Below the pieces are notes generated by a model. The model had not been told where the DNA came from and made no database searches. It worked only from the letters and a program-made list of their open reading frames with translations. The translations under genes were made by a program, and so were the position numbers. DNA of 62,943 nucleotides, the filler included, from Octopus bimaculoides (taxonomy: Eukaryota), in assembly GCF_001194135.2 (NCBI RefSeq). It is 9 parts of 7 records of this genome, joined end to end, with 100 filler letters (N's around TTAATTAATTAA, not from the genome) between each part and the next. Parts side by side here need not be neighbours in the genome. Positions count along the whole stretch, not along the records: positions 52,606 to 54,019 come from NC_068999.1; positions 54,120 to 56,191 come from NC_068988.1; positions 56,292 to 58,472 come from NW_026411740.1; positions 58,573 to 62,943 come from NC_069002.1; 5 more parts are not named here. One strand, written 5' to 3'. How positions within the stretch are numbered: position 1 is the stretch's first letter; each line of letters starts with the position of its first letter. Shown here in pieces: positions 53,460 through 62,943 of this stretch.

Positions 53460-53650
53460 AAACTAGCCGGGTAAAATGCGTAGTGGCATTTCGTCCATCT
53501 TTAAGTTCTGAGTTCAAGTTCCACCGAGATCTACTTTGCTTTTTATCCTTCCGGGGTCGATAAAATGGTAAAAGTTGAACATTGGGGTCGATGTAATCCT
53601 CTTAGCTCATTCCCCGAAACTGTTAGCCTTCTACCGAAATTTGAAATCAA
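53460..53650 (+). mobile_element. SINE family A
   Basis: gccgggtaaaatgcgtagtggcatttcgtcc...tccttccggggtcgataaaat. Confidence 0.8.
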
Positions 53651-54344
53651 TATGCATGTGCATGAGTGGCTGTTTGTGTATGTGTGTGTGTGTATGTGCG
53701 CGTGCGCGCGAATTGTGCGTAGTGGATGCGGTGGTGGGGGTAGGCTAGTAAAGTGCTTCGTGTGTCTGTGTGGGAGGAAATGTAGAAAGTTTGCGATTTC
53801 TTCGAGAACTGTTCCGTTCGAGTTTATTGTAGCTATTCTAATATGTAGGCACACACACGCGCACGCATAGACTGACACAAACACACACACACACACACGT
53901 AGACGTACACACACAACACGTACCCGCACACACACATACATAGATATACATGTGTATATATATATGTATATATATGTATATATATATGTATATATATATA
54001 TGTATATATATATATGTATNNNNNNNNNNNNNNNNNNNNNNNNNNNNNNNNNNNNNNNNNNNNTTAATTAATTAANNNNNNNNNNNNNNNNNNNNNNNNN
54101 NNNNNNNNNNNNNNNNNNNATAGAGAATTAGGACAGCGATTACTTTGCGATTCTCTCCTTCCTCTGTTCTAATCCCGCGGAAGTCCAAATTTTTCTTTAA
54201 TCCTTTTGACATCGATAAATAAAGTACCATTCTGAGCTAGAATCAACGTTTATCTTCCTTTCGAGCATTATCTCTATCTGTTTGTTAATCGCATTTTTGG
54301 GGAGAAATCGACTGGGATGTGATTTTCTTATTCACCCGTCACGG

Positions 54345-54457
54345 GAAGGCCGCGAGCTGGTTGAATCGTTAACACGCCGAATGGAGTGCTTAGAGGCATT
54401 TCGTCCGTCTTTGCGTTCTGAGTTCAAATTCCACCGAGGTTGACTTTGCCTTTCATC
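54345..54457 (+). mobile_element. SINE family A, 5' half
   Basis: aaggccgcgagctgg...ttctgagttcaaattccaccgaggttgactttgcctttcatc. Confidence 0.85.
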
Positions 54458-54494
54458 TTCCAAAACAAAAGTCTCGCTCTCTTGATTCTACAGA

Positions 54495-54699
54495 TTGTTC
54501 AAAAAGTCTCTCCCCAGTGAATTTTTTCATCCTGCGCATCTCGGTAAACGATTATTTCGAAGGGACTTTGGCCACCACAATCCCCTGATTTAACATCGCC
54601 AGACATTTTTGTCCGGGGAGCAAGTAAAGAATCGGTGTCCAAGAAATGCTCAAAAATTATTAAATACTTACTGCGGAGAGACCTTTTGAACACCCTGTA
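54495..54699 (+). mobile_element. Tc1/mariner transposase C-terminal fragment with right terminus
   Basis: KGLWPPQSPDLTSPD motif; ends ttttgaacaccctg followed by TA. Confidence 0.75.
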
Positions 54700-54827
54700 T
54701 ATGACGTCAGTTGTTTTCGAACATTGCGCTCGAATTTGATATCTTCTAAGGATAGAGCAGAAACTAAAAGAAAGAAAAGAAACGAACGGAACAAAGCAGA
54801 CAGATTCTATCAAACTACATAAATAGA

Positions 54828-54990
54828 GGTGCAGGCGTGGCTGTGCGGTAAGAAGATTGCTTACCAACCACATGGTTCCGGGTTCAGTCCCACTGCTTGT
54901 CACCTTGGCCAAGTGTCTTCTACTACAACCCCGGGCCAACCAAAGCCTTGTGAGTGGATTTGGTAGACGGGAACTGAAAGAAGCCCAGCG
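54828..54990 (+). mobile_element. SINE family B head
   Basis: gtgcaggcgtggctgtgcggtaagaag...ggttcagtccc...gtagacgggaactgaaagaagccc. Confidence 0.88.
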
Positions 54991-55061
54991 TATGTATATA
55001 TATGTGTGTGCATATGTATGTATCTCTGTATGTGTATATAAATATATTTATATTTACAAAT

Positions 55062-55104
<43 letters not shown>

Positions 55105-55417
55105 NNNNNNNNNNNNNNNNNNNNNNNNNNNNNNNNNNNNNNNNNNNNNNNNNNNNNNNNNNNNNNNNNNNNNNNNNNNNNNNNNNNNNNNNNNNNNNNN
55201 NNNNNNNNNNNNNNNNNNNNNNNNNNNNNNNNNNNNNNNNNNNNNNNNNNNATACATAAAAATGTTCTATAATTATAAACGTAATTATAATCAGGGTCAG
55301 CTAATTGCTTCGCCATTATGTTTATAATTATAGAATATTTGTATAATTTTACCTAAAAAGATTATCTTAACGTACCTAACTGCTTGGTAAAATTATCAAT
55401 TATTAATTAATTGATTG

Positions 55418-55590
55418 ATCGCTTGACAACCGATGCTGGTGTTTTTACGTCCCCGTGACTTACCGGTCCGGCAAAGAAGCCCGTTAGAATTACATACTAG
55501 ACTTAAAATGAATAAGTCCCGGGATCGATTCGTTCGACTAAAAGGCGGTGCTCCAGCATAGGCACAGTCAATTAACTGAAGCAAATAAAA
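55418..55590 (+). mobile_element. SINE family B tail
   Basis: cgcttgacaaccgatgctggtg...ggcggtgctccagcat...actgaagcaaataaaagaataaaaga. Confidence 0.85.
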
Positions 55591-55931
55591 GAATAAAAGA
55601 ATAGAACGCAAAAATGGCGAAATTAACCGATCTGTCTAATATCGCCGATCCCTCAACTTTCATTTAGGATAGCGAGTGTTCTTTCTGTCAGTTCTTTTTT
55701 TTCTGCTTTTTTTATCGGTTTCATTGCTTTTGTTCCCGCTTCTTCTGCTTTCATCGAATTCTTTACTGGCAACAATTCCACAAAGGTGTAAATTGGAAAT
55801 TTAACTCATTACAATTGTTTGGACGTATATATTACCTGTGTTTATATTGAAACCTCCATTTTCTGCTGCGTTGTTTATTAAAGAAAAGCATATGTACATA
55901 TGTGTTCGTACACACGCACACACACACACAT

Positions 55932-55962
<31 letters not shown>

Positions 55963-56143
55963 CACACACATATAGAGAGGCAAAAGGGATAGATACATAG
56001 ATAGATAGATATTTACATACATACATAGATGAGGTGCAACTGCATTTTCTTGAAAGTAAACGGTTGTACTTCATAAAATGAAATGCCATTCACTTCACAT
56101 GTTTATAGATAAAAGAACCATGTGTGCGTGTATATATATACAC

Positions 56144-56191
<48 letters not shown>

Positions 56192-56295
56192 NNNNNNNNN
56201 NNNNNNNNNNNNNNNNNNNNNNNNNNNNNNNNNNNTTAATTAATTAANNNNNNNNNNNNNNNNNNNNNNNNNNNNNNNNNNNNNNNNNNNNACAT

Positions 56296-56510
56296 GAAGG
56301 CGCGTCGTTTAGTGGTTAGTGTATTTGGCGCGCGATTGTAGGGTCGTTGTGTCCTTGAGCAAGACACTTTATTTCACGTTACTAGTACTTGTATTTCAAG
56401 GGGGCCAGTCTTGTCACATTCTGTGTCAACCTGAATTTCCCTGATAAGTATGTGAAGGGGTACGCGTGTCTCTGGAATGCTCAGCTACTTGCACGCTAAT
56501 AGCACAATCA
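56296..56510 (+). mobile_element. tRNA-derived SINE family C (CORE-like)
   Basis: aaggcgcgtcgtttagtggttag...gttgtgtccttgagcaagacactttatttcac; the CORE assignment is from recall. Confidence 0.7.
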
Positions 56511-56702
56511 ATTTATTTGTAGAGAGACAAATTGGGATGGGACTCATTAGATTCTAGTCATTAGCACTTTACTCAGAGACTGCAGACACACTCATTTTCT
56601 CTCCTTAAAAATATTTGTAGATTATATTGACTCAAGCACTACTAAATTGCTTCTATCAATTAACATGATGGCTCAAGGCTGACAATGTGAAATACACACA
56701 CA

Positions 56703-56762
<60 letters not shown>

Positions 56763-58572
56763 ATTTTTACATAAACCATTGTCTGATATAGAGAGATATC
56801 GTTAAGCGTTTGAAGCCAAAACACTGCGTGTTATATAAAATAATGTAAATCGATAGTTTGAAGTCTTACCTTGTATCTCATTATTTCGTTGTTAGAACAA
56901 AATCTTCAGGAAATCTTCGGAGAAATGGTGTCGTGAGTTGAGTTCTGTTTTCCTAATCCTTAAATAATGAAATACAAGGTAAATGTATATACCACCGACA
57001 AATATTATTTCATATAACTCGCATTGTTTTGGGTTAAAAGCATCAAAATTATATATATNNNNNNNNNNNNNNNNNNNNNNNNNNNNNNNNNNNNNNNNNN
57101 NNNNNNNNNNNNNNNNNNNNNNNNNNNNNNNNNNNNNNNNNNNNNNNNNNNNNNNNNNNNNNNNNNNNNNNNNNNNNNNNNNNNNNNNNNNNNNNNNNNN
57201 NNNNNNNNNNNNNNNNNNNNNNNNNNNNNNNNNNNNNNNNNNNNNNNNNNNNNNNNNNNNNNNNNNNNNNNNNNNNNNNNNNNNNNNNNNNNNNNNNNNN
57301 NNNNNNNNNNNNNNNNNNNNNNNNNNNNNNNNNNNNNNNNNNNNNNNNNNNNNNNNNNNNNNNNNNNNNNNNNNNNNNNNNNNNNNNNNNNNNNNNNNNN
57401 NNNNNNNNNNNNNNNNNNNNNNNNNNNNNNNNNNNNNNNNNNNNNNNNNNNNNNNNNNNNNNNNNNNNNNNNNNNNNNNNNNNNNNNNNNNNNNNNNNNN
57501 NNNNNNNNNNNNNNNNNNNNNNNNNNNNNNNNNNNNNNNNNNNNNNNNNNNNNNNNNNNNNNNNNNNNNNNNNNNNNNNNNNNNNNNNNNNNNNNNNNNN
57601 NNNNNNNNNNNNNNNNNNNNNNNNNNNNNNNNNNNNNNNNNNNNNNNNNNNNNNNNNNNNNNNNNNNNNNNNNNNNNNNNNNNNNNNNNNNNNNNNNNNN
57701 NNNNNNNNNNNNNNNNNNNNNNNNNNNNNNNNNNNNNNNNNNNNNNNNNNNNNNNNNNNNNNNNNNNNNNNNNNNNNNNNNNNNNNNNNNNNNNNNNNNN
57801 NNNNNNNNNNNNNNNNNNNNNNNNNNNNNNNNNNNNNNNNNNNNNNNNNNNNNNNNNNNNNNNNNNNNNNNNNNNNNNNNNNNNNNNNNNNNNNNNNNNN
57901 NNNNNNNNNNNNNNNNNNNNNNNNNNNNNNNNNNNNNNNNNNNNNNNNNNNNNNNNNNNNNNNNNNNNNNNNNNNNNNNNNNNNNNNNNNNNNNNNNNNN
58001 NNNNNNNNNNNNNNNNNNNNNNNNNNATGGATGGATAGATAGATAGTGGGAGATGAACTGAGAGATATGAATAAAAATCATAAAGTAAACAATATGAAAG
58101 AGAAATAGGATGGTTTCTGATTATGTTGGTTTGTCGTTAAAACTGAATGTGGCGAGTCTATTTAGAAGCTATTTCGTCCAAGTAAACGAGAAGTTAATAA
58201 ACAGTGACAAAAGTAATATTTCAGACGTGTCGAAGTGGCTCATTAAAATTGAGAATTGTTGAAGTCGGAACCCAATTTAAGATAGGAAAATTTACGTAGA
58301 CAAATGACTAAACTTGGTTACGGAATCTATAGTGGGAGGTGTTATAGATTAGGAATAATCAGAACCATCTTTGAGAGTCAGGAATGTAAATATTATTAAT
58401 GGTATCTTAGACAAAGTGGAGTCTACAGATACACACTTACGTATATGTATGTATATATATATATATATATATNNNNNNNNNNNNNNNNNNNNNNNNNNNN
58501 NNNNNNNNNNNNNNNNTTAATTAATTAANNNNNNNNNNNNNNNNNNNNNNNNNNNNNNNNNNNNNNNNNNNN

Positions 58573-58623
<51 letters not shown>

Positions 58624-58944
58624 CATATATGTACTGAATGGACAGGGATAATATATCCAGGCTTGTACTGGTCAATCCCTCTTATTATATAATCCAAGTC
58701 ATGGCTAACCACATTGAATGGTAACCAATAACCTAGAAATATTTGAGGTAAACAATCCCAACGTATTTCATGCAATGGGTAAATCTTTGATTCGCTTCAT
58801 CGGATTATGAACAGTTTACTGAGTATATATCAGAGACAATTCTAAGGAATGGCCAATGTTTCACAAATATACTGTATAACTGGCACTGGCGCTCCGTCGG
58901 TTACAATGACAAGAGTTCCAATTGATCCGATCAACAGAACAACC

Positions 58945-59092
58945 TTTCTTTTATTCTTTTACTTGTTTCAGTCATTTTGACTGTGGCCATGCTGGAACAC
59001 CGTTTTTAGTCAAGCAAATCAACCCCAGGACTTATTGTTTGTAAGCCTAGTACTTATGTTATCAGTCTCATCTGTTGAACCGCTAGGTTAGA
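58945..59092 (-). mobile_element. SINE family B tail
   Basis: Matches 32770-32900 in the same orientation. Confidence 0.85.
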
Positions 59093-59094
59093 AA

Positions 59095-60127
59095 TTATTC
59101 CGCGCCAGCAAAAGTGCTGGGGAGATTGTTACAGCCATAAAGCATGCCGGATCTACTGTTTTTAGAACTGTAGCCAATTTGATGAAAAGTCAGAATGGTC
59201 AGTGAAAGCCTCACAGTCCTCTCAATGACCGAAACACATCCCCTCACTTCTTAACAGGACTTGAAAGATCAAAATTGATGGTGAAATTGGCTCAAAATTG
59301 AGGACTCAGTAAAATTACCATTTCTAGGTCTGTGAGACAAAACCTCATTATGAAATCGTATGTGAGGAGACATGGTAACATCCTAACTACAAGCTCCAAA
59401 GCCATTTGAGATGAAAGAGGTCCCAGACTCCTTAGTCATCTGAAACATCATGGTGGAGACATTTGCATCTTCATGGATGAGAAGAAGTTCATGGTAGATG
59501 ATGTTGCAAACCATCAAAACTCATGAGTAGTAGTGTATGACCCTTGCCAAGTTCCTTCAGCTATGCGCAGCAACAATATGGCTTCCATTATGGTCTCTGG
59601 AATTGTTGCATTTTATTGAGACGGGTCTTAAAATCAACATAGCAGAGTGTCTCAAAATCTTAGAAATTTTGTTGCTTTAGATTAGGAAGCTTTATGGTGC
59701 AAGTCACGTCATGTGTGTACAGGACTCTGCACTCACCCATTCTTCATAAAGTGTGCAAGAATTTTTGAAGAAGGAATTGCCCATGTTTGTCCCTAAAAAT
59801 ATCCGGCCCTCTAGCTCGCCAGATTTGAATCCGTGTGATTTTTTGGCTATGCAACTTCTCACAATTGTGTATCTTCACTGAAAGCTTCAATCAAGCGAGC
59901 ATTTGGTAAAATGGAAAAGGAAGAAATAGTTAAGGCATGTGCATCATTTTGTAAATGGATTGAACTGGTCAAGAAAGCAAATGGTGGTCACATTGAACTG
60001 AAATAAATACTAAACACGCTACAATAAATTAGCAGAAACATAAAATTTACTGTGTTTGATTTTGCCAAGCTATACCAATCATAATAAAGGTATTTAAATG
60101 GTGCCAATTTACCTTTTAAACCCTGTA
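59095..60127 (+). mobile_element. Tc1/mariner DD37D (maT-type) transposon, degenerate
   Basis: CIFMDEKKF (first D), VQDSA (second D) and SSPDLNPCD (third D); 37 residues counted between the second and third D; ends aaaccctg followed by TA. Confidence 0.88.
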
Positions 60128-60554
60128 TTTTTGTATATATAAATAAAACTCTTCATGTTCCCTTTCTCACATATGCACCCACAGTTGCTCCCTTTGTTTG
60201 CTCTTCCATGGATGACCTGGCACCGACCTTGTTTAGACTCGACTTAATCATCAAGTTCATTTACAATTCAAGGATTTTTTTTTACTTTTTATTCTTCCGT
60301 TCTTTCTTTATCTTTTTTTTTTTCTTTCTTTCTGTTGAAATGTTTTGTGTCAATTACCCTATTGCTGAGGTCAGCCACATCTACAACCTAGATTACACAC
60401 ACAAAACACACATGCAATTGTGTGTGTGTACACCATATGTATACACAGGTATGTTTGTATGTATATATGTATATGTGTGTGTGTGTATATACACACACAC
60501 ACATATATACACACACACATATGTATACATATATATATATGTGTGAGTGTGTGT

Positions 60555-60681
60555 GTCATATCTTATCTTTTACTAGTTTCAATCATTTGACTGCGGATAC
60601 TTTCTCTATTGATCTCTTATACTGAATCGCTAAGTTACTGGGATATCACACACCAAAATCTGTTGTCAAATAGTGGTAAAG

Positions 60682-60717
<36 letters not shown>

Positions 60718-60902
60718 TGCACACACATGCATGCACATACACATACCGGACGAGCTTCCTTCAGTTTCTGTCTCCCAAATCCACTCCAAAGGTTTTTGGT
60801 TCAGTCCAAGTGTATCATCGAAGACAGTTGCCCGAGATGTCATGCACTAGGATTGAACACACCACATTGGTTGGGAAGCAAGCTTCCTACCACACAGCCA
60901 CA
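60555..60902 (-). mobile_element. SINE family B, full layout with internal (CA)n
   Basis: Head at about 60745-60902, microsatellite and tail at about 60555-60680 on the minus strand. Confidence 0.8.
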
Positions 60903-60916
60903 TATATGTATGTGTG

Positions 60917-61200
60917 CGAAGGTGCTTGGCTTAGTGGTTAAGGTGTTGCACTCACGATTGTGAGATTGTGGGTTCGATTCCCAGACCGGGCATTGCGTTG
61001 TGTTCTTGAGCAGAGCACTTCATTTCACGTTGCTCTGCGATCATTTCGACATCTGACATGTGGCACCCAGTTGCACTTGTACAGGTAATGTGGAGGGAGT
61101 GATCTTGTGTGTACACTAACATTTGATCACTATAAACAAATCATCTGTGTGGTTGTTCGATAAGAAGTTGTTGAACCCTCATACGTCGTCTAATGACAGG
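60917..61200 (+). mobile_element. tRNA-derived SINE family C
   Basis: A-box TGGCTTAGTGG and B-box GGTTCGATTCC, then gttgtgttcttgagcagagcacttcatttcac as at 56345-56378. Confidence 0.8.
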
Positions 61201-61224
61201 AGAGTGTATGTGTGTGTGTGTGTG

Positions 61225-61313
<89 letters not shown>

Positions 61314-61387
61314 ATGTAGGTGCAAACAGGAAAAATGGAACTCAAAATATGAGTATATGTATATTTTCGTTAATATTTAGCAGAAGT

Positions 61388-61605
61388 AAGGCGGTGAGCT
61401 GGCAGAAACGTTAGCACACCAGGCGAAATGCTTAGTGGTATTTTGTCTGTCTTTACATTCTGAGTTCAAATTCCACTGAGGTCGACTTTGCCTTTCATCC
61501 TTTCAGGGCCGATAAATTAAGTACCAGTTGCATACTGAGATTGATCTAATTGACTGGCTCCTTCCCCAAAAAATTTCGGGCCTTGTGCTTAGATTAGAAA
61601 AGAAT
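61388..61605 (+). mobile_element. SINE family A, full length, CpG-decayed
   Basis: Complete head, core and tail; many CG sites of other copies read TG or CA. Confidence 0.9.
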
Positions 61606-61679
61606 CATTAGCAGAAATAACAGAGTTACTCTGTAATTTCTGCTAAACATTAATAAGAATAATGTGTGTGTGTGTGTGT

Positions 61680-61880
61680 GTATTTGTCCCCCTGCCACTA
61701 CTTGACAGCTGGTGTTGGTGTGTTTGCATCCCCGTAACTTAGTGGCTCAGTAAAGAAGATAGAATAAGCAGTAGCCTTTTAAAAAAAATAAGTATTGGAG
61801 TCAGTCCTTTTGACTCAGATTTTTCAAGGCTGTACTGCAGTCTGGTCACGGTTTAATGACTGAAACAAGTAAAAGATAAA
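61680..61880 (+). mobile_element. SINE family B tail
   Basis: tttgtccccc...cttgacagctggtgttggtg...atgactgaaacaagtaaaagataaaag. Confidence 0.8.
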
Positions 61881-62149
61881 AGGTAAATAGATACACACAC
61901 ACACAGATAAATAGACTCGATAGATAGATAGATAGATAGATGAGGAGGGAGGCAGGCAGGCAGACAGACAGGTAGGTAGGTAGGTAGACAGATAGAAATA
62001 TTGATAGATAGACAGACAGATATACATCAGTTGGGAAATTATACCTGTGGATGTGGGTGTACGTCTTGTATACATAGAAATGTATATATGTGTATGTGTT
62101 TGTGTGTGTGAGTATGGATTTGTGCATGTGTATACCGTTGACTGAACAC

Positions 62150-62305
62150 TATTCAATTTTTTTTCTCCGTGTTTTTCTCCTTGTCTCCATATTCTTTCTG
62201 TTGAAGAGCGTAGCTCGAAACGTCAAAGACTTTCCGTATTCCCAAGCGTCATACTAATATATACTTTTGTTATTTACACCACCTGTCCTCGTCTGTTGTT
62301 ATTAT
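62150..62305 (+). mobile_element. Penelope-associated terminal-repeat fragment with hammerhead-like motif
   Basis: tcttt-CTGTTGA(62198-62204)-A-GAGC-GTA-GCTC-GAAA-CGTC-aaaga; 5-bp helix I. Confidence 0.6.
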
Positions 62306-62319
62306 TTGTATATTCTCCC

Positions 62320-62364
<45 letters not shown>

Positions 62365-62860
62365 TACATAACCCCTACATACATATAAATATAATTATAT
62401 TTATAGATATTCTTATTTCTTTTTATTATTTCAATTTTCCTAATCTCCTGAATTCTCAATGCGACATATGAAAAGTTAAAACTTTTCTTCTTATATTGTA
62501 TTCCAAACCCTAACTTCAAGTTCTTTGACCAAAAAAGAAAAAAACAAAACAAAAACAAGAAGAAACTTTACAGAGAAAATAATTACGGAGGCGGCAGAAA
62601 AAGTAGGAAGAATTTTGGTAGAAAGGCATCACATTCACCACGGTTATCTTATCTTGTAACATGTCGAGTAATTGTTTGCTTCAGCTTTTGAGTATGTGTG
62701 TGTGTGTGTACGTGTGCAAGCACGTGTGTGTGTGTGTGTGTGCATGCATGTGTGTGTGTATTTATGTATGTATGTGTGTATATACATATATGTATATATA
62801 TATATATGTGTGTATGTAAAGGTGTATATGTATATATTTGTATATATATATATATATTTG

Positions 62861-62943
<83 letters not shown>

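Noticed and set aside
18661-58528. TTAATTAATTAA islands inside N runs (18661, 37079, 49692, 51161, 52550, 54064, 56236, 58517)
   Set aside because: An identical palindromic all-frame-stop 12-mer centred in roughly 100-bp gaps is an assembly spacer, not biology.

Overview
AT-rich, gap-riddled eukaryotic scaffold, most likely an octopus. This is inferred from the recurrent tRNA-derived SINE families and the dense (TA)n/(CA)n/(AAT)n microsatellites, not from a database match. I found no intact protein-coding gene, CRISPR array or rRNA. The window is mostly decayed transposons: hAT, Tc1/mariner (one with countable DD37D spacing), L1/Tx1-, R4/Dong- and RTE-type LINEs, several Penelope-like element (PLE) fragments and about 20 SINE pieces. 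Weak splice-signal evidence suggests a few host exons. The most interesting signals are: (1) hammerhead-ribozyme-like motifs in a PLE bracketed by about 420-bp inverted repeats, and in a second dispersed repeat family with a variant core; (2) an RTE 3' end encoding three degenerate C2H2 zinc fingers; (3) a tRNA-like cassette between 29-bp direct repeats next to a perfect 15-bp hairpin; (4) a switch from CpG-poor to CpG-rich DNA near 16-17 kb, with a CpG-decayed SINE copy near the right end; (5) a candidate 9-nt microexon in phase with a 44-nt exon. All alignments and counts were done by eye, so repeat boundaries are approximate.
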